Source: Nannocystis bainbridge (GTDB lineage Bacteria > Myxococcota_A > Polyangia > Nannocystales > Nannocystaceae). From it: DNA of 64,000 nucleotides. Made by a program: the position numbers and the translations under genes. The notes below the pieces were generated by a model. That model was not told the origin of the DNA. It saw only the letters and a program-made list of their open reading frames with translations, and searched no databases. Location of the stretch: the NCBI RefSeq assembly GCF_028368995.1, contig NZ_JAQNDL010000002.1, positions 1,920,001 to 1,984,000 of the forward strand. The letters run 5' to 3'. Positions within the stretch are counted from its first letter, which is position 1; the number at the start of each line of letters is the position of its first letter. This document shows positions 30,125-41,049 of the stretch, in pieces.

Positions 30125-31825
30125 ATGGTGAGACTCGCATCCGGAGGGCCGCCCGAGGGCCGCAGCGTGCTCGCGCTGCTGCGGGCCGTGATCGCCCTCG
30201 TCGTCACCCTCACGATCCTCACCTTCGCGCTCTACTCCGGCTATCTCTCGTACACCGACCTCTCGCCGGAGGAGGTCCGCGTCCCGACCGCCGAGCTCAC
30301 GGTCGACCGCGCCGGCCGCCGCGTCACCTACGGCCGCTCGTCGCTCACCCGCGAGAGTCGGCTGTGGTTCCTCCACCTCGAGGGTCCGCCGGAGGAGATC
30401 GGCGACGCCCACGGCCGCCTCGCCGCCCGCCTGTGGGGCGAGCTCGACCGCGACGTCGCGCGCCTGCTGCGCAACCGCTACCCCGAGGGCCTCGAGCGCT
30501 GGACCGCCGACATGGTCATGCGCTGGGACTTCCGCGAGTCCGACCACAGCCTCTCCCCCGGCGTGCGCCGCGAGCTGGCCGCCCTGGCCGCCGCCATGCC
30601 CGAGGCCGGCGGCGAGCGGCTCTCGAGCTACCACCGCCTCTTCCTCGACCAGAGCTTCGTCGAGCTGACGCGCCGCCTCGACGACGTCCTGCTCGAGGGC
30701 ACCATGTTCGCCGCCGCCGCGCGGCCCAAAGGCGGCGGAGAGCGCGGCAACCTCGTCATCGGCCGCAGCTTCTTCGCCGACCTCGGCCTCGACGTCGAGC
30801 CCGACCGCCTCGTCACCATCGTCCACCCCGACGGCAAGTACCCGTTCGCCTCGGTCGGCTGGGCCGGCCTCATGGGCGTCGTCACCGGCATCAACGCCCG
30901 CGGGATCTTCGTCGCCCTCGACCCCACGCGCACCGACGACGCGCTCGAGGAGGGCGTGCCGCTGCCGCTGATCCTGCGCCAGATCCTCGAGGACGCCGAC
31001 ACCCTCGAGCAGGCGCTCGAGATCCTGCAGACCGCCCCGGCGCGCACCTCGGGCGCCGTGCTGGTCGGCGACGGCCGCCAGCGCCGCGCCGCCGTCGTCG
31101 AGCTCGCGCGCGACCGCGACGATCGCAAGCCGCGCGGCGAAGACCAGGCGCTGGTGTGGGCCACCAATCACATGCTGCGCGAGTCGTTCGAGCGTGACGC
31201 CCAGAACGACCGCATCCGCCGCTTCACCTCGAGCGGCTACCGCTACGATCGCCTCGGCGAGCTGCTGGCCGAGGCGCCCGTCGACCCGGCGCGCGCGGTC
31301 GCCATCCTGCGCGACCGCAAGGGCCTCGGCGGCGAGGAGCTCGGGCTCGGCAACCGCAACGCGGTCGACAACCTCCACCTCACCCACGCGGTCGTCGTCG
31401 ACGCCACCGCCATGGTCATGTGGGTCGGCGAGGGCCCGTCGTCGCTCGGCCGCTTCCGCGCGATCGACCTCCGCCACGCCCTCGGCCGCCGCCAGGAGCG
31501 CCCGGCCCCGCTCGACGACTTCCCCGCCGACCGCCTGCTCCACGGCGAGGAGTACAGCGACTACAAGGAGGCCCTCGAGGCCCTCGACCACGCCCGCGGC
31601 CTGCTGGCCCGCGGCCTGCCCGAGCAGGCCCTGGCGTCCGCCAGCGTCGCCCTGGCCCTCGCCCCCGACGTCGGCGAGCTGCACCGCCTGCTCGGCGACA
31701 TCGAGCGCGAGCTCGGCGACCTGCCCGCCGCCCGCCGCCACTACGAGCGCTACCTCGAGCTGGTCCCCGGCCGCCTGCGCGACCAGGAGCGCGTCCGCGG
31801 CCTGCTCGAAGAGCTGCGCGAGTAA
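30125..31825 (+). CDS. Peptidase C45/Ntn-hydrolase-like membrane protein with C-terminal TPR
   Basis: LEGPPEEIGDAHG, SVGWAGLMGVVTGIN, ATNH, SGYRYDRL, ILRDRKG; TPR-like C-terminus. Confidence 0.8.
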   Translation: MVRLASGGPPEGRSVLALLRAVIALVVTLTILTFALYSGYLSYTDLSPEEVRVPTAELTVDRAGRRVTYGRSSLTRESRLWFLHLEGPPEEIGDAHGRLAARLWGELDRDVARLLRNRYPEGLERWTADMVMRWDFRESDHSLSPGVRRELAALAAAMPEAGGERLSSYHRLFLDQSFVELTRRLDDVLLEGTMFAAAARPKGGGERGNLVIGRSFFADLGLDVEPDRLVTIVHPDGKYPFASVGWAGLMGVVTGINARGIFVALDPTRTDDALEEGVPLPLILRQILEDADTLEQALEILQTAPARTSGAVLVGDGRQRRAAVVELARDRDDRKPRGEDQALVWATNHMLRESFERDAQNDRIRRFTSSGYRYDRLGELLAEAPVDPARAVAILRDRKGLGGEELGLGNRNAVDNLHLTHAVVVDATAMVMWVGEGPSSLGRFRAIDLRHALGRRQERPAPLDDFPADRLLHGEEYSDYKEALEALDHARGLLARGLPEQALASASVALALAPDVGELHRLLGDIERELGDLPAARRHYERYLELVPGRLRDQERVRGLLEELRE

Positions 31826-31836
31826 ACACGCCGGGA

Positions 31837-31910
31837 CATGTCCTTACGGGCATGTCCGACAGGGCATGCCCCTGAGGACATGCCCGTTCGAGCATGTCCT
31901 CCAGGACACC
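31837..31910. repeat. 14-bp-phased CATG array
   Basis: CATG 31837, 31851, 31865, 31879, 31893, CACC 31907; starts 12 bp after the stop; convergent genes. Confidence 0.93.
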
Positions 31911-32066
31911 ATGCACACGGCCGCCGGCGAGCTGCCCGTGCTCGCCGCTGCCGCGCGACGCGTGCCCGCGATGACCGTCCGAAGGGACATGTCGACTCGA
32001 CCACGCCCTTCCAGCGAGTCCCGAAGGCCGCTCCCGACGCGCGGTCCGTGCCCGCGCGCCCCGTCG

Positions 32067-33323
<1,257 letters not shown>

Positions 33324-33364
33324 GGTAGGTGGTCCTTCGCGCCGCTTCGGCGGCTCCTTTCCCT

Positions 33365-33385
33365 TTATGGCATCGAGTGCCAAAA
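33365..33385. promoter_or_regulatory. Candidate TetR operator
   Basis: Inverted repeat TGGCA-N5-TGCCA (33368-33382) in the divergent P450/tetR spacer, abutting the tetR start. Confidence 0.55.
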
Positions 33386-33975
33386 TGCAAACCGTGACGA
33401 AGCGAGGGCGCCCGCCGGAGACCGATGCGCGCCAGATCGCGCGCGTCGCGTTGGGCCTGTTCGCGCGCCATGGGTTCGACCGCGTGACCATGGACGACAT
33501 CGCCGAGGCCGCGTCGGTGAGCCGCCGGACCCTCTTCCGCCTGTTCCCCGCGAAATCGGACCTCGTGTGGGACGGCCTCGACGACGTGCGGGACTTCGTG
33601 CGCCGGCGCGCCGCCGAGCTGGGGCCCGCCGGGCTGCGGGCCGGCGGGGTGCTGCGCGAGTTCGCCGAGCCGTTCCTGCGCGCGCTCGAAGACCCCGAGG
33701 CCGCCGCGCTCGCGCGTCAGCGCCTGCGACTGCTGGCGGCCGCGCCCGCGCTGCTCGCCCACCCGACCCTGCGCGAGATCGAGGCCGTGATCGTCACGAC
33801 GCTGGCCCCGAGCGAGCCGGGCCAGGCCCCCCCGCCGCTGGTCGTGCGCACGCTGATCGCCGGCACGTTCGCCGCGCTGATGTGGTGGGCCGAGCACGGC
33901 GACGGCATGAGCGCGCTGGAGGCCACCCGCGCGGCGCTGCGGGCCCTCGCCGACGACCGCGACCCCTGCGCCTGA
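33385..33975 (+). CDS. TetR family transcriptional regulator
   Basis: RGRPP...LFARHGFDRVTMDDIAEAASVSRRTLFRLFPAKSDL HTH. Confidence 0.93.
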   Translation: MQTVTKRGRPPETDARQIARVALGLFARHGFDRVTMDDIAEAASVSRRTLFRLFPAKSDLVWDGLDDVRDFVRRRAAELGPAGLRAGGVLREFAEPFLRALEDPEAAALARQRLRLLAAAPALLAHPTLREIEAVIVTTLAPSEPGQAPPPLVVRTLIAGTFAALMWWAEHGDGMSALEATRAALRALADDRDPCA

Positions 33976-33988
33976 GCCCGCGCACGTC

Positions 33989-34062
33989 CATGGTCTTCGG
34001 ACCATGCCCTTTGAGACATGTTTATAAAAACATGCGCAACAGGACATGCTCGTTCAGACATG
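33989..34062. repeat. 14-bp-phased CATG array
   Basis: CATG 33989, 34003, 34017, 34031, 34045, 34059; convergent genes; contains AT-rich unit catgtttataaaaa. Confidence 0.93.
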
Positions 34063-34170
34063 TCCTCCGGAGCTCCTCTCCCGCAGGGGATCATCACGCC
34101 GAAGCCAGGCACCAGTCCGTTTCGCCGTGTCCACGTCGACGCTTCGGCGCGGCGCCCCGCACAGGACCTT

Positions 34171-34785
34171 TCAGACAGGCCCGAGTACCGCCCGCTCGGC
34201 CGCCGTCAGCACCTGCGGCGTCACACGCGGCGACTTCGCGCCCCGCGCGAAGAACGGCGACGGCTGGGCGCGCCTCCCGATCAGCCCGCGGGCGAGCAGC
34301 CGCAGGACCCGGCCCATGGCCGCCACCGGCACTTTCTCGTGGGTGCCGGGCGGCGTCGGCCCGGTCGCGTCGCGGCCGAACGTCCGCAGCGCCACTGGCC
34401 CGAGCGCGCGCTCGTGGGTCGCCGGCTCGGTCGCGGGATCGACGAACGCCGCCGACAGCCCCGCGAACGGCATGCGCGCCGAGGTCAGCGTATTGGCGAC
34501 CGGCGTGCGGCAGCAATCGACATACCAGCGCAACATCCCCTTGTCCGACAGGCGCATGCAGCGGAGCTGCTCCTGCCCTGACCCGAGCACCAGCTGCGCC
34601 GGCGTCAGCTGCAGGATCTCCGCGCCGCCCGCCCCGTCGAGCAGCCCCTCGCCGCCGAGGAACCGCGCGAACGCCTGGCAATCGCGGCAGTAGCAGACCA
34701 GGTGGATCACCGTCGCCGGCGACATGTCCTTCGCCACGCCTCGCACCGCGCCGCAGCGACACTTCAGTCCGAGCGTCTCGCTCAT
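34171..34785 (-). CDS. GFA-like Zn-binding protein (DUF6151-like)
   Basis: CRCGAVRG, CYCRDCQAF, LRWYVDCCRTPVAN. Confidence 0.8.
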   Translation of the reverse strand: MSETLGLKCRCGAVRGVAKDMSPATVIHLVCYCRDCQAFARFLGGEGLLDGAGGAEILQLTPAQLVLGSGQEQLRCMRLSDKGMLRWYVDCCRTPVANTLTSARMPFAGLSAAFVDPATEPATHERALGPVALRTFGRDATGPTPPGTHEKVPVAAMGRVLRLLARGLIGRRAQPSPFFARGAKSPRVTPQVLTAAERAVLGPV

Positions 34786-34872
34786 GTCGCCGCGACAGTA
34801 CCACGGCCGCGGAGGCCGCCTCGCTGCCGCGCGCTCCTGCTTTCGTTCGCCCGCAGCCCGCCTCGCGGCCGG

Positions 34873-35493
34873 CTACTTGTTGCCCGCCGGCGGCTTCGGC
34901 TTCACCGCCAGCGGGCGGTCCACCAGGTCGAGCGGCGCCTCGCAGCCCGAGTTTCGCAGCTTGCACGCCTTGCACATGCGGCCGCTCCAGATCGCCTCGT
35001 ACATCGCCTGCACCTGGTCGATCACGTCCTCGTCCTCGGTCAGCATCCCGACCTCGAAGTTGCGGCGGCCCTCGCCCTTCGCGCCCAGCCCTGCCCCGGT
35101 CCAGTTGGCGCTGCCGAGGTAGCACAGGCGGCCGTCGACGATCACCGTCTTGAGGTGCACGCGCGGGCACTGGCGCAGCTCGAGCCCGCCCTCGTAGAGC
35201 CGCGCCCGGCGGTCGAAGCTGCGGCGGAACGGCCCGGACGGCGGCGCCGCGTGCAAGATCCGCAGCTCCACCTTCTGCTGCGCCAGCGCGCTGAACACCT
35301 CGAGCACCGAGTGGAAGCGGTCGCGCGAGCGGGCCGTCGCGCGTGGGTCCTCCACCAGCAGCTCCTTCAGGTTCGCCGTTGCGATCCACACGCTCGTGCG
35401 CGCCGCCCGGACCGCCGGGATCACCGCCTCGTAGTGCCCGCGCCCCGCCACCAGGCGCATGCGGATCGGTCGCTCCGGCAGGACGAAATCCAC
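34873..35493 (-). CDS. Single-HKD phospholipase D/Nuc-like protein
   Basis: HLKTVIVD + GSANWT + NFEVG; C-terminal CKAC...C; start taken at GTG 35493. Confidence 0.85.
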   Translation of the reverse strand: MDFVLPERPIRMRLVAGRGHYEAVIPAVRAARTSVWIATANLKELLVEDPRATARSRDRFHSVLEVFSALAQQKVELRILHAAPPSGPFRRSFDRRARLYEGGLELRQCPRVHLKTVIVDGRLCYLGSANWTGAGLGAKGEGRRNFEVGMLTEDEDVIDQVQAMYEAIWSGRMCKACKLRNSGCEAPLDLVDRPLAVKPKPPAGNK

Positions 35494-35678
35494 GGCCTCA
35501 CTCCGTCGCCGCGCGCACGCGGGGTCTGTCGGGCTCGTCGGGTCGCTGCATCGCGGTCGGCGGATTGTACTCGCCGGGCCTGCGGCTGTCGCCGCGGCGC
35601 TCCCGCAGCCGCGTGCAGCCACGGGCTGGCGCCTGTTGCGCCGGATCATCCGAGCCGCGCCCGTGCGCCGTCCCGAGA

Positions 35679-35738
35679 CATGTCCCCGCAGACATGCCCT
35701 TACGGACATGCCCCCGAGGACATGCCCCCGAGGACCTG
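35679..35738. repeat. 14-bp-phased CATG array
   Basis: CATG 35679, 35693, 35707, 35721, CCTG 35735; two identical units catgcccccgagga; just 3' of the vWA gene. Confidence 0.92.
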
Positions 35739-35757
35739 TCCTTTCAGCCCAATCGCA

Positions 35758-36951
35758 TCACATCGGCGGCACGAACTCGTCGCACGTCTGCGCGATCAGG
35801 CCGACCGCCTCGGAGAAGAACGAGTCGTAGCTGGGCGCGCACACGCTGCCGGAGATGCCCTGATCGCCGAAAGAGTTGACGAACTCGCGGATGCGCGGGC
35901 TCGGCTCGGCGCCGGAGCTGTCGACCAGCGGCCCGCAGATGCTGTTGGGCTGGTCGTTGTCGCCGTACAGGCCGAGGACCACCAGCGCCTTCTCGTCGCC
36001 CTTCTTGGCGGCCACCAGCGACGCCTTCCAGCCGGCCGGGTTGCCGGCCGAGCCGTCGCCGAAGTTGTCGTCCTCGTCGGTGACGATGGTGACGACCAGG
36101 ATCGCGTCCTGGCGCAGGAACCCGTTGTTGCACTGGAACGCCGGGCCGCTCGGCGCGACCGCCTGGACCATCGCCTCCATCGGCCGCTCCGGGTCGGAAG
36201 TCGAGCCGGTGCCGACCTGGGCCGCGCAGGCGAACGTCGAAGTCAGGTCGGGCTCGCTCACGTCCATGTAGCGGAAGCCGGTCGAGAAGTTGCAGTCCTT
36301 CGAGCTCGACTGCAGGCCGCGCGGATGGGTCACGCCGGCCCCCAGCACGTCCTCGCATTCGAGCGGCGGCGTGCCGCAGGTGTAATCGAGGCCGGCCACC
36401 GGGCAGGTGTTGCCGAACAGCGGGCAGATCAGGTTGCAGCCGCCGAACACCCACGGGTCGGTGTCGATCACCATGATGTGATAGTCCTGGGCCTCGTCGA
36501 GCTGATCCTGGATCGACGAGATGAAGCCGGGGAAGCTGTCGATCAGCGACTGTTGCTCGTCGCTCATCGACCCCGAATTGTCGATGATGAACAGGAAATC
36601 GACCTTGCGACAGCCCATCTCGTCGCCGTCGGTCGTCACCCCGTCGGTGGTCTCCTCGACCCCGACATCGAGCTTGGGGGACCCGCCCGTGCTGGTCGGA
36701 TCGCTCGTCCCGGTGGTCGTCGGGGCCGACGTCTCGCTGTCGCTGTTGCTCTCGCTGCCGCTGGCCTCCGACGTGGCCTCGGTGCCCGACTGCGACGAAC
36801 CGGTGGTGCTCGTCGTGTTCGTACTATTGGTGGTCGGCGCCGTCGTCACGCCGGTGGTCGCGTTGCTGTTCGATGTCTCGACGTCGTCACCGCATGCGGA
36901 GAGGATCGAGAGCGTGGCGAGAAGGGTGCAGGTACGACGAAATCGGGTCAT
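35758..36951 (-). CDS. vWA-like lipoprotein
   Basis: LSAC lipobox, Thr/Ser linker, VDFLFIIDNSGSM (MIDAS), FLRQDAILVVTIVTDEDD. Confidence 0.85.
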   Translation of the reverse strand: MTRFRRTCTLLATLSILSACGDDVETSNSNATTGVTTAPTTNSTNTTSTTGSSQSGTEATSEASGSESNSDSETSAPTTTGTSDPTSTGGSPKLDVGVEETTDGVTTDGDEMGCRKVDFLFIIDNSGSMSDEQQSLIDSFPGFISSIQDQLDEAQDYHIMVIDTDPWVFGGCNLICPLFGNTCPVAGLDYTCGTPPLECEDVLGAGVTHPRGLQSSSKDCNFSTGFRYMDVSEPDLTSTFACAAQVGTGSTSDPERPMEAMVQAVAPSGPAFQCNNGFLRQDAILVVTIVTDEDDNFGDGSAGNPAGWKASLVAAKKGDEKALVVLGLYGDNDQPNSICGPLVDSSGAEPSPRIREFVNSFGDQGISGSVCAPSYDSFFSEAVGLIAQTCDEFVPPM

Positions 36952-37145
36952 GGCAGCATCGTCCTTATATACGAGGCCAGTCCCCCACCGCTGCCCGGGC
37001 GCCGCGCGCTGCCGTCAGTTGTCGCACGCCAACACGCCCGGCGGCTGGCCACCTTCCGGACACACGTCCTTCGGAGGCCCGAACGCCATGACGGTCCCCC
37101 CGCAGCGGGTGTTACGCTCGCGGCGACGACACCGTCCCCACGCCC

Positions 37146-39455
37146 GTGCTGCTCTTCGCCCTCACCATCTTTCTCAGCGCATTCCTCCTGTTCCAGGTCC
37201 AGCCTCTGATCGGCAAGATCATCCTGCCCTGGTTCGGCGGCACGCCTGCGGTGTGGACCACGTGCATGCTGTTCTTTCAGGTGCTGCTGCTGGCCGGTTA
37301 TGCGTACGCGCACGCCGTGATCGCCCTGCCTGCGCGGCGCCAGGGCCTCGTGCACCTGGCCGTGCTGGTCGCGGCGGTCCTTGCCGGCGCGCCGACCATC
37401 TTCCCGCCCGAAGGTTACAAGCCCGAAGGAGACGGCGTCCCGCTGCTGCAGATCTTGCTCGTGCTGACGGTGAGCGTCGGTCTGCCGTACTTCGCCCTGT
37501 CGACCACCGGCTCGCTGGTCCAGGCGTGGTTCTCGCGGCTGCACCCGTCGCGCTCGCCCTACCCGCTCTACGCCCTGTCGAACATCGGCTCGCTGCTCGG
37601 CCTCCTGACCTTCCCGTTCCTCGTCGAGCCGCGGCTCGGCTCGGTCACCCAGGCCTCGCTGTGGTTCTTCGGCTTCGTCGGCTTCTGCGTGCTGTGCGGC
37701 GTGATCGCGGTCCAGACCACCCGCGCCGGCGCGGCCGAGCCCGCGGCCGCGCGCGAGGCCGATGTCGCCGTGCCCGCGCCGACCTGGGGTCTGCGGGCCG
37801 TGTGGGTCGCGCTCGGGGCCTGCGCCTCGATCATGCTGCTGGCGATGACCAACCAGATGGCGATCGACGTCGCCAGCGTCCCGTTCCTGTGGGTCATCCC
37901 GCTCGCGCTCTACCTGCTGAGCTTCATCCTCTGCTTCTCGTCCGAGCGCTGGTACCCGCGGGTGCTGTTCTACCCGCTGTTCGTCGGGGCCACCGCGGGT
38001 GTCGTCGGCCTCATGCTGGCCGGGGCCGACGCCGGCATCGAACAGCAGGCCCTGGTCTACTGCGCCGCGATCTTCATCTACGCCATGGTCTGCCACGGCG
38101 AGCTGTACCGTCTGCGCCCGCACCCGCGTCACCTCACCGCCTTTTACCTGGCGCTCTCGGTCGGCGGCGCGCTCGGCGGGGTGTTCGTCGGCGCGATCGC
38201 CCCGCTGGTGTTCTCCGCCTATTACGAGCTGCACATCGGCCTCGTCGCCACCTCGCTGCTGGTCCTGCACGCGTTCCGCCGCGACCAGCGGCTGGGGCTG
38301 CGCGGCCGCCCGGTCGCCGCCATCGTGCTCGTCGGCGCCGCCGCCGTCGCCTACGCCCTGTGGCGGGTCCGGACCGACAGCCCCGACTCGTTCCGCTACA
38401 TCGGCCCGCTCGCCGGCGCCCTGCTGTGCATGCTGCTGTTCGGGTTCCTGTGGAGCCTGCGCGTTCGCACAGGTCTTTCCGACCCTGTCCCTCAGGACAG
38501 CCCGGCCGGCCCGCGCTGGATCGACGACGGCGCCCGCATCAACCACGGCCGGGCCCGCCTGGCCTGGCTGCTGCCGCTCGCCGCCATCGTCCTGCTCGCC
38601 GTCAACCTCGGCATCGAGGCCCGCTACCGCACCAGCGAGGCGTTGACGATCGAGCGCGGCTTCTTCGGCGTGCTGCGGGTCGCCGATCGCTACACCCACG
38701 ATCCGCTGCTGGCCCGGCGGATCCTGTTCCACGGCGCCATCAACCACGGCTTCCAGTTCCGCGACCGCGAGCGCCAGATGTGGCACAACTCGTACTTCGC
38801 CGAGGAGAGCGGGATCGGCACCGCGCTGACGCGCCACCCCAAGCGCAAGCGCGGCGAGCCGCTCAAGATCGGCCTCCTCGGCCTCGGCTCCGGCACCCTG
38901 CTGACCTACGGCCGCCCGGGCGACACCATCCGGATCTACGAGATCGATCCCGAGGTCGAGCCGCTCAGCCGCGAGTACTTCACCTACTTCGAGCGCACCG
39001 AGGCAAAAGCCGAGGTCGTGCTCGGCGACGGCCGCCTCTCGCTCGAGCGCGAGCCCGATCAGGCCTACGACGTCCTGATCCTCGACGCCTTCAGCAGCGA
39101 CGCCATCCCGATGCACCTGCTGACCCGTGAGGCGTTCGTGACGTACTTCCGCCACCTCGCGCCCGACGGCGTCCTCGCCGCCAACATGAGCAACCGCCAC
39201 GTCGACATCCGCCCGGTGCTCAAGCAGCTGGCCCAGCATTTCGCGTGGGAGTTCGTGTGGATCGAGAACCACAGCGACGAACCCCGCGGCGTCTATGCGG
39301 CCGACTGGGGCCTGCTCACCCGCGACCAGGCGTTCCTCGCCGACCCGCTGGTCGAGATGCGCAAGGGCGACACCAGCGGCGTCTCGACCGACCTCCGCAT
39401 GTGGACCGACGATTACAGCAACCTGTTCGCGGTCCTCAAGTGGTTCCACGGTTAG
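37146..39455 (+). CDS. Fused membrane domain/spermidine-synthase-like methyltransferase
   Basis: FLSAFLLFQVQP...PWFGG, YALSNIGSL, CHGEL, LGLGSGT, YEIDP, DAFSSDAIPMHL, WTDDYSN. Confidence 0.9.
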   Translation: MLLFALTIFLSAFLLFQVQPLIGKIILPWFGGTPAVWTTCMLFFQVLLLAGYAYAHAVIALPARRQGLVHLAVLVAAVLAGAPTIFPPEGYKPEGDGVPLLQILLVLTVSVGLPYFALSTTGSLVQAWFSRLHPSRSPYPLYALSNIGSLLGLLTFPFLVEPRLGSVTQASLWFFGFVGFCVLCGVIAVQTTRAGAAEPAAAREADVAVPAPTWGLRAVWVALGACASIMLLAMTNQMAIDVASVPFLWVIPLALYLLSFILCFSSERWYPRVLFYPLFVGATAGVVGLMLAGADAGIEQQALVYCAAIFIYAMVCHGELYRLRPHPRHLTAFYLALSVGGALGGVFVGAIAPLVFSAYYELHIGLVATSLLVLHAFRRDQRLGLRGRPVAAIVLVGAAAVAYALWRVRTDSPDSFRYIGPLAGALLCMLLFGFLWSLRVRTGLSDPVPQDSPAGPRWIDDGARINHGRARLAWLLPLAAIVLLAVNLGIEARYRTSEALTIERGFFGVLRVADRYTHDPLLARRILFHGAINHGFQFRDRERQMWHNSYFAEESGIGTALTRHPKRKRGEPLKIGLLGLGSGTLLTYGRPGDTIRIYEIDPEVEPLSREYFTYFERTEAKAEVVLGDGRLSLEREPDQAYDVLILDAFSSDAIPMHLLTREAFVTYFRHLAPDGVLAANMSNRHVDIRPVLKQLAQHFAWEFVWIENHSDEPRGVYAADWGLLTRDQAFLADPLVEMRKGDTSGVSTDLRMWTDDYSNLFAVLKWFHG

Positions 39456-39488
39456 CGGCGCGACGCCGTGAAGACGGGTGGCCCATGG

Positions 39489-39648
39489 TGCGGTGATTCG
39501 CGCCGCACGTGTTCGCTACTCCCGGAGCCGCGCACGCGGGCGAACCGTGTGCGGTGATTCACGCCACCCGGCCCGGACGCGCATCGAGCCGCAGCGAACA
39601 CGGGCGACCCGGGTGCGGTGATTCGTGTCGCACCCGCTGCGGTGATTC
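39489..39648. repeat. Four direct copies of TGCGGTGATTC
   Basis: Copies at 39489, 39550, 39614, 39638 in a convergent intergenic region. Confidence 0.75.
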
Positions 39649-39718
39649 GCGTCATGACCCCGAGCCCGTTCTTGTCCGCCGGAAGCGCGAGCCGGGGCTC
39701 CGCGCCGCCGTGAGGCCG

Positions 39719-40000
39719 CTACGCGCAGCGACCGCCGCAGAACTCGTCCGCCTGGCCGACGCACGTCGCGTCCCACCGCGAATCGCAGCAATACGCGTCG
39801 CGCTCGCACACGCACGCCACCACCTCCGCGTCGTCGCACGCCGGCTGCTGCGACACCTCGCAGCACGGCTGATCGCCGACCGGCAGCTCGTCCGCCTCGT
39901 CCGGATCGACCGTCGGTCCCATACCGGGATCACAGTCTTGCACGAACGGGATCGCTAACGCGAGGGTCCCGACGAGGCTCCCCAACTGATTCCATGGCAT
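39719..40000 (-). CDS. Small secreted Cys-rich protein
   Basis: ATG 40000: MPWNQLGSLVGTLALAIPF...CCEVSQQPACDDAEVVACVCERDAYCCDSRWDATCV...CGGRCA. Confidence 0.7.
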   Translation of the reverse strand: MPWNQLGSLVGTLALAIPFVQDCDPGMGPTVDPDEADELPVGDQPCCEVSQQPACDDAEVVACVCERDAYCCDSRWDATCVGQADEFCGGRCA

Positions 40001-40213
40001 CGCATTCCTCGTTTCCGGCCGCGCGCACGGCTCGCGCGGCGCACCGTCGGCGGAATTGTGGGCCCGGCGAACAGCGAAGCAATCGCGGCGCTTGCGGCGG
40101 GCCACAGCGCCCGCGGTCGCCCGCGCACCAGCCGGCGCGCGTGAGCCCGGGGCGCCCGTGCGGCCCACGACGGCGCGCCCCGCCAGGCCCCGCGCGGCGT
40201 TACACTGCCGCGC

Positions 40214-40846
40214 ATGATCGCCCCCCTCGTCGCCCGCGGCCTGACCAAGCGCTACGGCACGACCTGTCTGTTCGAGCACCTCGACCTCGACCTCGAGGCT
40301 GGCGAGGTCCTCGTGCTCGTCGGCCCCAACGGGGCAGGCAAGTCGACCCTCATCGGCTGTCTCACCGGCGGCGTCGTGCCCGACGCCGGCAGCGTCGTGC
40401 TCGGCGGCCACGACCTGCGCAGCGCCCCGCTGGCGGCCCGCGCCGCCCTGCGCTTCCTGCCGCAGGAGGTCGAGGTCCCGCAGGGCCTCACCGGCCGCGA
40501 GCTCGTCGAGTTCTACGCCGGGGTGTTCGGCGAACCGCTCGGCCGCGAGCGCGCCATCGCCCTCGCCGACCTCGGCCCCGCGATCGACCACCTCGCCACC
40601 ACCTACAGCCTCGGCATGCGCAAGCGCCTCGTCGCCGCCGCGCTCACCCTCGGCGAGGGCGTCCTGTACGTCCTCGACGAGCCGTTCGCCGGCCTCGACC
40701 GCCAGGCCCGCGCCGCCCTGATCGCCGCCCTCGTGGCCGCCCGCGCCGCCGGCGTCGCCCTCGTGCTGTCCGCCCACGACCCCGAGGACATCGCCGCCCT
40801 CGGCGGCGCCCGCGTGCTCGAGCTCGGCCGCCCGATCGCGGCATGA
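40214..40846 (+). CDS. ABC transporter ATP-binding protein
   Basis: GPNGAGKST, YSLGMRKR, VLDEPFAGLD, SAH. Confidence 0.92.
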   Translation: MIAPLVARGLTKRYGTTCLFEHLDLDLEAGEVLVLVGPNGAGKSTLIGCLTGGVVPDAGSVVLGGHDLRSAPLAARAALRFLPQEVEVPQGLTGRELVEFYAGVFGEPLGRERAIALADLGPAIDHLATTYSLGMRKRLVAAALTLGEGVLYVLDEPFAGLDRQARAALIAALVAARAAGVALVLSAHDPEDIAALGGARVLELGRPIAA

Positions 40847-40852
40847 GTCGAT

Positions 40853-40953
40853 CCTGTCCATTCGGGCATGCCCGCGCGGACATGCCCTTTCGGACATGGT
40901 CTTGAAAACCTGTCCCTTCGAGCATCCTTCGACCATCTGTCCCTTCGGCCATC
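40853..40953. repeat. 14-bp-phased CATG/CCTG array
   Basis: CCTG 40853, CATG 40867, 40881, 40895, CCTG 40909, CATC 40923, then TCTG 40936/CATC 40950. Confidence 0.88.
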
Positions 40954-41049
40954 CTTCGAGCGCCCTCGAGCCGGCCTCCGCTCCGCCGCCCGCCCCGGCT
41001 CTCGCCTGGCCATCCGCGCCTCCCACCTCACTCCCCGGTTTAAACCCTC

